Assembly: GCF_964188315.1 (NCBI RefSeq)
Contig: NC_135661.1
Location: forward strand, 57,226,001 to 57,290,000
DNA: 64,000 nucleotides
Source: Podarcis muralis
Lineage: Eukaryota
Direction: 5' to 3'
Made by a program: the position numbers and the translations under genes. Shown here piece by piece: positions 12,716 through 24,130 of the stretch (positions are counted from its first letter, which is position 1; the number at the start of each line of letters is the position of its first letter). Below the pieces are notes generated by a model. It had not been told where the DNA came from. It did no database searches and saw only the letters and a list, made by a program, of their open reading frames with translations.

Positions 12716-13146
12716 CTCTTCTCCCTGGGTTTAGTTCCTCTTTTTCTTGTTATTTCTCTGCTGTTACCCAAGGACCCCAGAGACCTGCTGGGAACAGAGA
12801 GCGTGGGTAATTACCCTAATTGGGATGGATTTGTTGCTGTAATTGCCTGAGGAAGGCGAGGCTCTGATGGGCACCTGGGGGTGGCTTCTCTCTTTTTTTT
12901 ATTGTATTTTCTTTTATTTTTGAAGTATTGTAACTTTTTATTGTTTGCTTTTCTTTTTTTTGTAATTGTTAAACTTTAATAAATATCATTAAAAAAAACA
13001 ACAACCTGGGGGTGGCTGCAGCCTGATTGGAAGTGGGAGAAGGGCAATTTGACTGAGCTGTGTTCTTGGGTGCCCTGGTTGGGGGAGATTTGGGGTGTTC
13101 TGACACGGGGAGTGGGGGCTAAGTTCAGAACCTATTCCATCTCACT

Positions 13147-15240
13147 TCAGGAACAACCGTAGACTTGTAATGGAGCAGCAGCATTTATATACAGTGACAC
13201 AGACTCCATTTCTTGATAAAATGTATTGGCAGCATTTAGACACACACCCAGACTCTCTTCTTTGAGAAACTCCCTCTCGATCCTCCCCAAAGTGGCCACT
13301 ACACTTTGGCTGGCAAGGACTTCGTTTCTGCAATGCATCGCCCAGGTGAGGAGGTCTCTAGGAAAGGGTGGGATGTAGGTTTTGCCTCCTAGCTGTGGCT
13401 TTCATCAAGGCAGCTGCTCCATCTTCAAAGCTGGCAGTTTCTCCCCGCTTCCATCCCCAAGATGCCTTCCCTGGTCATTTCTCTCAGAACAATATAAAAT
13501 CCTCCTATTGATTCTTCCAAGCTTTTTTTAAAAAAGAAAGGGTAGCCCCCTCTCCCCAGGGGTAGTATGAGGCGGGTGGTCCCAAGTACCCCAGGTCTCC
13601 TGCCCCTTCACTCCACCCCATTCTTTTTGTTTTGTTGCATTGCTGGTGAGACCCCCCACCCCCACCACCTTAATTTATCTCTGTACACCTACACCAGTCT
13701 ATTGCAATCAGTATTGTGGACCTGCCCCCCAAGTAGTGCCCCTTTTCACAGCAGCCTAACCTTTTGTCCCATTGAAAGATGTTTCGTAGGTGGAGAGGAA
13801 CTTCCAGCTGTTGAGCGGCACATGCAGATCTTTCTGATACCAGAGGTCTGCCTGAAAAGCTTGAATTGTCAGATCCTTATTGTAAACAGCATACAGTCTT
13901 TGTTGGGGGGGAAGGATGGAACTCCTTTCCCCATCTTTTATGAGTATTATCTTAAGTGCTCTGATGCCTTTACTCAAAGACTCCCTGAAGCCAGCCTTGG
14001 TGATTGTGCCTCATCCCGCCATGTGTTCTGGGCCCCATGTGGGGAGAGCAGCCTCGGTTGCCCAGAGCATCATGGAAGCAAACCCCTCCTCTCCCCCACC
14101 ACTCCACTCTACCTGCTGGTTGGTGCCATCTCTTCCTGGGCGGGGAGGAGGGCTCCCCAAGGGGCACCTCTTCTGCCAGCACAGGAGGAAGACATTGCTC
14201 AGACAGGCTTCTAGGGCGAGGTAAGTGAGCGCAGCTGGTGGGTTCCTTTGGGGGACTAGCTAAGGAAGGCGGGAGGGGGGTGCATGTTTGAGAGTGTGTA
14301 TGTATGAGAGACCTGCCTGCTACAGAGGGGACTGGTCCTCTAAATGTATTGAGTTGGGCTTCTGAGTGAGACAATCCATCCCTGGATGAAGCAGAGTTGG
14401 CACCTCAACCTGCATCCTTAACGTACGATGGGATCCTGAACGAGCAGCGATCAGGTGGGGTGGAGGCCCTCTGAAACAAAAGACATTCCCCAAACCCTAC
14501 CAAGCTCCAGCTCCTTAACTGGAAGGATGGTCTGTGGATTATACATTTTTCTGGGTTAGAACTCGCATTCTTTGGTTCCTGAGGACTCCTCTGAATTTGC
14601 AGTGCTTCCTTGAGGTTCTAAGAGGGTTGAAGCCAAGCAAAGGAACAGAGCATCGTGGCGTGAGCTTTGGTGTTCAGTTCCTTTCTGGCAGATCTCTGTT
14701 TTGGGAAAGTGAATGGGCTGCACTTCATCATCCAAACTGGTATCTTTCTCAGATATGCAGTGCCTTTAGGGAAGAGCCCAGGCCCTGCTTTTTCAACTAA
14801 TGGCTCAGCTGGTCCCCCAAGCTTCCAAAGTGGTTGTCAAGAGTGGTGGGGATGACCCAGGGCTGAGATGATGAGGTTTTTTGCTGACTGTTGAGTGTAG
14901 GTTGGCTGGCCGGAGGTGCTGGTAGGATATAGGCTTCTGTTCTTGAGGGTTTCTGTCCTTGATATCTGTCTACAGCTTTCCCATTTTTCCTCTGGGGCTG
15001 AACCAAACACAGGGTTGCTGGGCCAACGGCACATGTCATTAGCGAGGAGCCCTGGGCCTCTGGGCGTGTCATTTTCCAGTCTCCATGGCAGCCACTGCTT
15101 GGGGACCTGCAGGGGTTCCTGGAACTCAGCCCACAGCCTTCATAGGTCTTTGTACTTACCCCTTTGACCGCTTCACCAGCAGCTGCTTTAATGGACTTAA
15201 CGAAGCACCACAAGAGATCAAGGCCTTGGAGGGTTATCAG
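13147..15240 (-). CDS. Candidate unannotated spliced gene or pseudogene, product unknown
   Basis: Protein-like open frames bounded by AG/GT on the minus strand: about 15241-15160 (LITLQGLDLLWCFVKSIKAAAGEAVKG|gtaagt), about 14210-14112, about 13895-13761 (LYAVYNKDLTIQAFQADLWYQKDLHVPLNSWKFLSTYETSFNGTK|gttagg) and 13357-13147 (DLLTWAMHCRNEVLASQ...LQVYGCS*). No unique phase-consistent model was found. Confidence 0.3.
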
Positions 15241-16469
15241 GCTAAAGGCTAAGCAGATTTGACCAGGGAATGAGACACAGAGCAGCCAAATGCTCAGTGC
15301 GAGAGCCGTTGTTGCTGGTGGGAACAGATAATAGAATCATAGAATTGTAGAGTTGGAAGGACCTCAAGGGTCATCTCATCCAACCTCCTGCAATGCGGGA
15401 ATGTAGGAATCTTCTGCAGGATGTTGACTGGTGGTCATTCTTGGTGGCACAAGTCAAGGTCCCACAGTGGACCAGTGAAGCTTCAGATGGTATGGACTCC
15501 TTGAATTTATCCTGCGCAAACCTGCCAATATGCCCAGCACAGATAATGGAGGTGCCCCAGAGGTGAGGCAGGGGCAACTTTTGGTTACAGGAATGTGCTC
15601 GCTGGAGGAGGTTTGCCCGTGGCTGACTGGTGTGTTTTCTGCACCAGTCAGAGACTTTCTCATTCTGCCTTTGACTTACTGACTCTGCTTGTTAGATTTT
15701 TCTATGTTCCTGCATTAAGTATGTATTCTGTCCTGCTGGTCGTCCCCCCTTATTTTACTTGGGGTTTACTTGTTAAATCCTTTGTATTTGTTGCTAAGCC
15801 CCCTGGGAATAGTCATGCTATGTGTTTTTTAAACAAAATAAGTATTGAATAGAGACATAAAATGATTACCCTTTAATGAAAGTGTTACCAATAAACATTA
15901 CCCCGTTTAGCATAGTTTATAAAGCTGATGAGCATATATTAACTGTTTTAATGACTTGCTTTAATTAAGAAGACATTGCAAGATTTCCCAAAGAGGAGGT
16001 TGGGGGGGGGGGTGTCTTCCAACACTGCAGGGAAAGGCTATACCAGCAACAACCCATAATGGCACTTCCTGTCCTCTAGGAATCCAGAATAAGTTTCACA
16101 TGGAATAAGATGCATGAGGCTAATTGTAGGAGACACAAGAGAATCATATTATCATAGAACTATATAATTGTAGGGTTGGAAGGACCTCAAGGGTCACCTA
16201 ATCCAACCCCCTGCAATAGATAAAGTGATCCAGAGCTGCAGCTGCTCACCCCCCCCCCCCATCCATCAGTTCGCAATCAAAAGCAGCCAGACTTTCTCTA
16301 AGACTTGCTCAGTGTTAGGTTTTGCTGAGTCTCTGAGCAAAAGAAGCTTGGCAGTTACTAAAAATGCACCTCAATGCGCACAACTTGATGTTCCAAATTG
16401 GCACTCACTTTGTTTTGTCAAGAAAGCTCCTTAGGTTGAGCTAACTGTGCCTTTTCCTTTAAAACATAG

Positions 16470-16725
16470 CAAAACTACATAAGAAGAGCCTGCTGGATTA
16501 GGCCAATGGCCCATCTAGTTCAGCAGTTTTCATTTTGTGACAAGAGATCGTCATCTCTCGTCACCGCTATCTGTCTCAGTTTATTAGACTTGCCTGCCGC
16601 AAAGGTTAGTTCAGGCACCGGGAACTGCCCTACACTATCTGCCGTGAAGAGAGCTGCAAAAAATTCATTCAGGTTCTCTGCAACTCCTATGACTCCTGCG
16701 ATGTATCCCCCCACTGTCAACTCTC
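16470..16725 (-). mobile_element. CR1 LINE ORF2 internal fragment
   Basis: Minus ORF reads AENLNEFFAALFTADSVGQFPVPELTF...LRQIAVTRDD, matching the CR1 ORF2 motif LNxFFASVFT just upstream of the RT domain. Confidence 0.75.
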
Positions 16726-16739
16726 ATCTTGTCCCCGTC

Positions 16740-17130
16740 CCCCCGTCTCTAGCACACTACCAACTAAACATTCACCTTGTCACTCTACCAGAAAGTGACA
16801 CTCCTCTACCCATCCCTACACTGGCTCCCTGTCTGCTCCAAATCCAGGATGCGCCCCCCTGCAGAGCCTGGCATGGCCCTTACCTCTTTGCTGCTCTCAT
16901 ATCTAAAGGCCTCTCTGCTTGTGACCTTCTTTCCACAGCCATCAGCCATCCCAATGTCTCCTCCCTCCAGCAGCTCCTCTTGGATGCCTGGAGCTGCCTC
17001 CCAGGATGCTTGCCTGCGAAACCCCCTCCCTGGCTTTCTGCAATGAAGCCCAAGGCCATGCAGCCAAAATGGAGGCACATCCAGCTTGCTTGCTTGCTTC
17101 CTCTCCTCTTTCTCTGTGGTCATATTTAAG
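16740..17130 (+). mobile_element. Degenerate L2-clade LINE 3' fragment
   Basis: ...TPLLPIPTLAPC-like region with CTACACTGGCTCCCTGT (the LHWLPV motif seen in frame 16777..17046), characteristic of L2 RT C-termini. Confidence 0.55.
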
Positions 17131-17958
17131 ACTGGAAGCTCATCAAGGGAAGGTGCTGCCCTCCTGTAAAAGCATCAGGCACACAGGCGGTACCACACAG
17201 AAATAATGGGGAGGGGGATGGTCTTCCCTGCAGGTCTTCTCCTTTTGCTGGGTTTGTTCAGCACTCCATGGCTCAAAATTGGCAGCATCTGTTCCGGGAG
17301 ATGCTGCAGGGCTGGGATCTAGCAACAGCCTGAGGCAGTGAAGCTGTTGTGGGGGACGGGGGACAGCAGCCTGTGCATAATCACTCTCATGGAGAAAGAC
17401 CCAGCTGACTTTCCCCAGGAAGGTCTTCTGTTCAGACTCCCTCCAGTGGATGTTACAGTACTTGGGGCAGCTCAAGTTCTGTCCTTGCAGACTGTGACCA
17501 GATCCAGATCCAGATGCTCAGGTGGCTCCAACTATACTGGCCAGGTGGAGAAATGGCTTGACGGTCCAAAGCATCTCCTTCTGCCTTTTCTCCTTGAGTG
17601 AGCCACTTTTCAAGGGCCCACTGTCCTGACTATTGTGGGCACACCTGATGCCCTGATCAGATTCCTAGCCAGTGACTGCACAGCCTCATTACCTGGATGA
17701 GAAGACCAAAACACAGGAATGTGCAAAGGGCCTCTGCTTCATTCAACCCATTGCTCCTAGTGAACTGAGATAGGTCCTGCCAAGACCCTGTTTAAGATCC
17801 TTTCTACAGCTTTGTCTTGAGTTTAGGGGTTGCTTGCATCACCTCCTTGTGCTCGGGGTGTGCGTGCTGAGAAATCTGAGAAATACATACCGTACATATG
17901 TTTCTTCCCTGTTGCCCACTCTGCAGGGTCCTACAGAATTAGATCCCCTTGGCTCAAG

Positions 17959-19852
17959 ATGGCAAGTCCCAACAACCACCGGATTCTCCCAGCCCAGGGT
18001 AAGAGGCTTCATTGTGGTGGAATTTCTGGCAGAGGTGACAGCCTGACATGTGACTCGCTCCTTGGCGAAGGCGATATATGGAAGACACAGAGTGTCTCCT
18101 GAGCAAGTCAGAGGAACCGGGGTAGTATTGGGGACTGGCTGTTTGTTGGATTTCTCCTTGCCCAACCATCTGGTAAAAGAACAAGAGCCCCACCCTAAAG
18201 TACTGACGGAGGAAGAGGGGGCAGGGGGAGTGCACCACCCCCGACACCACGATCCTGGTGGGGTGCCATCGTGGCTGCCCCCCCCTGCACTGGCTGCCAT
18301 GCCCCCACAGGCGATGCGCCACGCCCCCGGGACCCGCGCCAGCCACGCCCCCGCCTGCTCTCTGCCCCTGGTGCCAGAGCATGAATCTCCGCCACTGCCC
18401 TAAAGAACAGTGGTCTGCAATGGGATCCATCAATGCCTTGATGTGACATTGTCTGATGGTCCTCTACAGTGAGCTGTGGGTGACAGAGGTGCCTTTTCTC
18501 TCTGCCATTCAAGAAACAAACATGGTCTTTCTTTTTTCCATCTGCAGGCATCTTTCTCCTCTGGGTTGCTCTGCACTTCAGCACATGGACCTCTTGTATA
18601 CTGGCAGGTGAGAGGGCTGGCTGGCTATGTGTTGGGAAGGGGAAGGTTCTGTGTAGGGAGGCCCATGGGGCACAGGCTGAGGAAGAGGCGGACCCTTGGA
18701 ACTTCCTGCCACTTTCCTCTGTGCAGCTCCTGAAACATAAGCATGGCTTCAGTTGCAGTCAAGGCTTCTGCTCCACTTAGGAAACCATTAGCTGGAGCAG
18801 AGACTTCCTTGGCTCCCACACCAAGGGATTTACTAACCTCTTGCTTCCTCTTTCAGAGCCTGGGCCCATTTCAGGAGCACCCCTCATCTCCAGCAGCTCA
18901 GCGAACAGCACAGGCATGATGAACGTAAGAAACCGACCCAGCATGACACTGCTGTGTGTGGGGTGTGTGTGTTGGGCATTTCCCAGTTGGAGGAGATGGG
19001 ATGGGAATGTCTGGGTGGGAGGCAGGCATGGAGTGTCTGCTCCTGGCTGGCTGCAGCCCTTTGGTGAGAAGGAACATCCTGCAGATGGAAGTATTCATTG
19101 GGCAGGCTTGTATGTGAGAGAGATGAACCAGGAAATGATTCAATTGGGAGGCCCAAGTGGAGGTGGCAGGTCAGGTCCAGGTCGCAGGAGAGAGGTGCTA
19201 CTAGGGCAGAGGATGCTTGGCCTGGGGAGGCCAGGGCAGCTGTCTAGCTTTCTTGCCATGAAGGTTCAGCTCCATCTCCTTCTGCAGCTCACATGCCAGA
19301 GCTTCCAGTGTTCCGGGGAGCGATGCTACCATGACGAAGCTCATGGGAACAGCACAGAGACCTGCCACAATGCAACACACTGCGAGGTAGGGAGCCTGGA
19401 GGTGTTATTTGAGCTGGGTTGTTTTAAACAGTTTTAAAGTGTTATATGTCAATTTGTATTTTGTATTTTTTGGGTTTTATAAAGTTGATTAATACTCTAC
19501 AGCCTTTTAAAATGTGTTTGGGAGGTATTGTTCTGATGTTTTTGTTTTAACTATTGACTTGTGTTTTTACCTTGTATTTTTATCCTGTGAACCACCATAA
19601 GATCTTGAAGGGTAGTACAGTGGTACCTCGGGTTAAGTACTCAGTTCATTCTGGAGGTCCGTTCTTAACCTGAAACTGTTTTTAACCTGAAGCACCACTT
19701 TAGCTAATGGGGCCTCCTGCTGCTGCTGCGTCGCCAGAGCACGATTTCTGTTCTCATCCTGAAGCAAAGCTCTTAACCCGAGGTATTATTTCTGGGTTAG
19801 TGGAGTCTGTAACCTGAAGCGTATGTAACCCAAGGTACCACTGTATATAAAC

Positions 19853-19907
<55 letters not shown>

Positions 19908-21711
19908 TATAAATAAAGCCCCCCCCAAGAGGCTGCAAAGGACTGTGGGTGGCCTTGGCTTCTGTCCTGGACTGTGTCCTTACAAGTGTGGGAGGGATCA
20001 GCTACGGTGGGGCTGTGGGGTCCAGCCACTCCTGCTTCTCTGCATGGATCATAATGCAGCTATGGTCAGTTGTCAGCCTTGCCCTGCTAACCCTTTGGTG
20101 GGTCTTGCAGCTCTTCCGCCTCAACACTACCAGCTACACAGCCCGGTGCAGCAGTGAGTGTGGGGGAATCAACGGCACCGACATGTGCATGCAGAATGGC
20201 ACCATCAGAATGAACTTGTGTTCAATGGAGTGCTGTAGCTCCCCAAACTGCCTGCTTCTCAATGCTACAGCCTACGGTAAGCTCCCCCAATGGGAGGCCT
20301 CTTAGGATGCTCTGCTTGGCAGGATTCCTTCTCCCTGGGGAGGCTGAGCTGACCTATGGGGCATCTGGGCAGAGCTGCCTTCTCAGAGAGGCCTTTCTTG
20401 GCTCTGGGGACTCAGTCCCTGGAGCAGCTGAAGGGCAGGATTTCAGCCCACAGCCAGCCTCTCTCTGACCTGCCAGTCTGGCATGACAGCTTCTCCCGTC
20501 GGTCAAGAGGTCCTGGGGGCCTCAGCCAGCTCCTCCATCTCTCATGTCTGTTCTAGGTGACCTGCCGCCCACCACCACGCCGGCGCCCACCACTACCACC
20601 ACCAAAGCACCCCCCAAAAATGTAGGTGTCACTTCATGTTCTGGCAGGGATGGCTTGTTTGCTGGCAGGGCAAGTGGGCAGGTGGCATTCTCAGAGTGGG
20701 TGGGTGGATGAGTGGGAAATGGGATCCTGGTTCTTTCCCTATGTCCTCCCTCCTGCCCAACACCAGGAGTGCCCAACACCAGGGGTGTCTGGGGATTTGG
20801 CTGAATCCAGCGCACAGTCCTGGTGTCCACAATTCAATGGCCTGCCTCTCTTTCCTCCCTCGCTCCCTCTGTAGGGGAAAGTGTGCTCAAGCTTCACCTG
20901 CCACGGAGAAGGATGCTACAAGGGACAGAAGCACGCAGCCGGCTGCATCGTGGGCTTTGATTTTTGCGAGGTACCATTCCTGAAATGATAACACCCCCCC
21001 TCCAAACGCCCATGTCCTTGTTCTGCCCTCTGAATGGAGCCCTGTTGCTGCAGTGCCTTAGAATGCAGCTTGAGCCTTGTAAGCCTTACAAACCAGCAGG
21101 AGCTGCGTGCCTCAAGAGAGCAGCAGGTACCACAAGGCAAAGTGGAAGGGGGTGGGCAGTGGCCAAGTGCACACCCTGATGGCTGTCGTGAGGATTCTGA
21201 AATGAGAACAGTTAGCTAAATGGGTGCTGGAGCATCCAATGGAAGTCTGTTTTTTAGGACAAGAGATCTGAAGTCTGAGGAAGAAAGGGGGAGGCCCACC
21301 AAATCCCCATTGGCAGCCCTGTGTGCCAGCTGCCCTCTGCAGGCACCCTGCTTGATTCTGGGGGGGGGGGCACAGCACCAGTGCCTGAAACAGCAGCCAA
21401 ACTGGTCCCTGCATCTGCTACTTGTGTGGGCCAATGCTTGCTCCTTTCTCTCCTTCCAGATGAAGAAAACCGGCCCCCACTTTGTGGCTGGATGCAGCAA
21501 AGTCTGCAAAACAGCTGGCCCGCCCTGCTCTGCGGGGTCCAAGGTGCCCTGCTACCAGGAGTGCTGCCCGGCGATGCCCAAGACCAGCTGCCTGAAACTG
21601 GATGGCAAAGTGCACTTCAATGGGGCCAAGCAAGTGGCAGCCCTCACCCCCCTGCTCCACCTGCTGGTGTGTGCAGCCGTCCTCAGCCTGAACTATGCTA
21701 TCCTGTTCTAG
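17959..21711 (+). CDS. Uncharacterised GPI-anchored tandem Ly6/uPAR (three-finger)-like protein, 281 aa, 8 coding exons
   Basis: GT-AG exons 17959-17998, 18548-18607, 18857-18924, 19288-19386, 20111-20276, 20557-20621, 20875-20970 and 21460-21711 total 846 nt with all phases compatible. Protein: MASPNNHRILPAQGIFLLWVALHFSTWTSCILA (signal) EPGPISGAPLISSSSANSTGMMN LTCQSFQCSGERCYHDEAHGNSTETCHNATHCELFRLNTTSYTARCSSECGGINGTDMCMQNGTIRMNLCSMECCSSPNCLLLNATAY GDLPPTTTPAPTTTTTKAPPKN GKVCSSFTCHGEGCYKGQKHAAGCIVGFDFCEMKKTGPHFVAGCSKVCKTAGPPCSAGSKVPCYQECCPAMPKTSCLKLDGKVHFNGAKQVAALTPLLHLLVCAAVLSLNYAILF*. Confidence 0.9.
18201..18397. mobile_element. hAT-type MITE in intron 1 of the LU-like gene
   Basis: Perfect 8-bp TSD CCCTAAAG (18193-18200 and 18398-18405). 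Right end CTCCGCCACTG; left end TACTGACGGAG is a degenerate TIR. Confidence 0.75.
19618..19843. mobile_element. Tc1/mariner (Tigger/pogo-like) MITE
   Basis: TIR CAGTGGTACCTCGGGTTA...TAACCCAAGGTACCACTG with TA on both sides. Same family as the copies at 30476 and 36941 (this copy is inverted relative to them). Confidence 0.85.
19853..19902. repeat. (AAT)n microsatellite
   Basis: Direct reading of the sequence. Confidence 0.95.
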
Positions 21712-21957
21712 GCCAGGCACGACTGAAGCTGAGCTGGCCTGTTCGGGTCCTTAGGTGGTGGCAAAAAAGCAACTCTCCCTTCTCTGCCTCTCTGTCTCTC
21801 TCCCTCTCTATGCCTTGGGGAATCCACTTGGTTTGGGCCTTTCTCACAAGGCATCCAACAAATGCCTTCCCCCCTTCTCTCCTTTTTCTTCCAGGGCCAA
21901 GTGATTTATGAACCTTTGGGCTGTGTGAGCTTGCGATAAATGGTGATATATAAATCG

Positions 21958-21963
21958 AATAAA
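21958..21963 (+). terminator. Probable polyadenylation signal of the LU-like gene
   Basis: AATAAA about 250 nt after the TAG at 21711. Confidence 0.6.
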
Positions 21964-22899
21964 TAATAATAATAATTTAGCTCAGACCTACATAATCAAG
22001 AGCCACTTTCCTTCCCTCTGCCCTGGTCTGAAAGATGGCAGGAGATCTGAGCTGGAGCCAGCAGGTCACAAGCCTGATCCTGGGGGCAAGTGACAGAAGC
22101 GACAGGAATTTGCTTTTGGATTAAATAGGGAAGGGTGTCCTATCTATCCAGGAGCAGCTATTTAACTGTTTTGAGGCCGTTCCAGGTTTGCAGAAAGCTG
22201 AAGGTTGCCTTCTGTTATTTGGCAGAGTCCCAAGAGCTGTACAGGAAGCCTCTTATCAGGGTAGAGAGGTGAAGGAAAGGGGGAGAGCCCCCCCCCCACC
22301 TTGTTCTTTAAACTAGAGTGGCCCTGCTCTCTCCTGGCGTCCTGCTAGCTGGCTCTGTGAACCCCCTTCTGGCTCTGCAGGGGTGATGGGCCAAGGGAGA
22401 ACCTGGGGGGGGGGTTGCTTATTCCCCCTAAAGGGCCTTGCTGCTATGGCTGATCTTAGCTGCTGCCTTAAATGAGGGACCCACTTTCTCACTGAGCTGC
22501 CTGTCGTTCCCCACCCACCGCCCCACTCCTAGTATCAGAAATGTTTCTCTTGCCTAAAAATTGCAAATAAATCTATTTAACTAGATGAGCAGTGTATGTG
22601 TGTGTTTAAAGTCCATTTCTCTGCCCTGGGCCCGCACCGTGTCTCCTCCACAGAGGCAGAAAACCCACCCAAGGTTTGCAATCACTGCAACAGGTAACTG
22701 CAAAGATCAGCGGTTGTTGACCCAAGGGGGTCTGGCCCTAGGCGCCTCCGGCTCCTTGCTTTTCCGAGGTCGCCTGCCATCCTGGGCCTTCTCAGGCGGC
22801 CACACTACGTCCTGAGGGGGGGGGGCTGCATCTTCCAGGGGGAGCTGGCATTATGGAAGAGGAAGCCTGGCAAGCTGCGCTGCCTTGCTCAACTGGCAG

Positions 22900-24130
22900 C
22901 AGACGGGGCGGGTGGGTGTCTAGCTTCGGCAGTCTGTCGAGCAAGGAAAGGGTTTGCAGCCCGGGCAGTAGCCGCTCCGTGGGGGGAAGGCCGGTGGCAG
23001 GAGCCCGGAGCCGCCCTTCCCGCGCCTCGTCGGGGCCTGGGAGCGCCCATGCGTCGGCGGCCTCCTCCTCTCGCCTTCCTGCACCCGCCCGGGAGGCCGG
23101 AGCCGCCAAGGCAGCCGCGGCCAGGCCGGAGGCGGGACCCGTCTTCTCCCCCCGCCCCGCCGTGCTCAAGGAGAGGCCTGCAGGCTCCAGCGCCGCCGCT
23201 TCCTTCTCGGCTCGGTTCCTGACGCTCCCCGGTTGCGGCGGGGGCTGCCGGCCGGGTCCGGGCGACCCTCTCCCTCCTGCAGCAGCAGCAGCGGGGAGTG
23301 CCGCCTGCTCCGCCGTCCGCGCAGGATGGATCAGTCGGTGCCCATCCAGGAATCGCTCTCGGCGGGGGAGACCTGCCTGGTCGTATCCTTTGGGGGCCGC
23401 CCCGGGAAGGACCCAGCGGGAGAGCGGGCAGGGTGGGACGGGGGTCGCTCGCCACTCCGGCACTTTCCGGCCCCTTCCTTGACCTCCGGCTGCAGGCGGT
23501 GCAGGGGCTCCTGGCTGGTGGGGAGAGCCGGCTGCTGGGCCTGGTGGAGAGCCACGGCAAAGCCATGTAAGTCCGCCGCGCCCGGCAGGTGGGACAGGTG
23601 AGACAGGTGAGGGCAGGAGCCGGGCGTGGAATGGAGGAGGCGGGTCTCTTCCTCCCTCCCCGCCCCTCCGTGCGGCTGCTTCTGCTGCTCCTCCTTTCCC
23701 GGCTCCTCCGCCTCGCGCGGCCCCGGAGAGGAGCAGGTTCCCGGGAGCGAGCGGAAGGGGGCGCTGGGGATCCCAGGAGGGGGCCGGGGGAGGTGGGCTG
23801 CGGAGGGAGGAGCGGGCTTGGGACAGCAGCATCTCCGGGGTGCTGAGACGTGGTGGGCGAGGTGCTGGGGCCACGATCCTGGTCTCTGATGGAGAGGGCG
23901 CGGGATCTCCCGGCTCTGTCTCCGCAGGATCTGCCTGTACAGCCACCGGCGCATGGCCATCACCGCCGAGGACGTGCGCCTGGAGAAGGTCCTGCTCCTT
24001 CAGGAAGGCTTTGCCGTGGAAGAAGGTGAGGGCTAGCTCTCCTTTCTGGCTTATTGACTTCGTTGCCACATTCCTCTGCAGGGAAGGCTCCGCTGCCTCC
24101 TCCCCCCCCCCCACCCCCGCGAGTCGGGGC
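22900..24130 (+). promoter_or_regulatory. INPP5B: INPP5B 5' CpG island and promoter
   Basis: Very high GC and CpG density spanning the first coding exons. Confidence 0.75.

Noticed and set aside
13151-14454. Selenoprotein idea (plus-strand exons each broken by one in-frame TGA)
   Set aside because: No similarity to known selenoproteins, no redox-type CxxU context and no SECIS identified; single stops are expected by chance.
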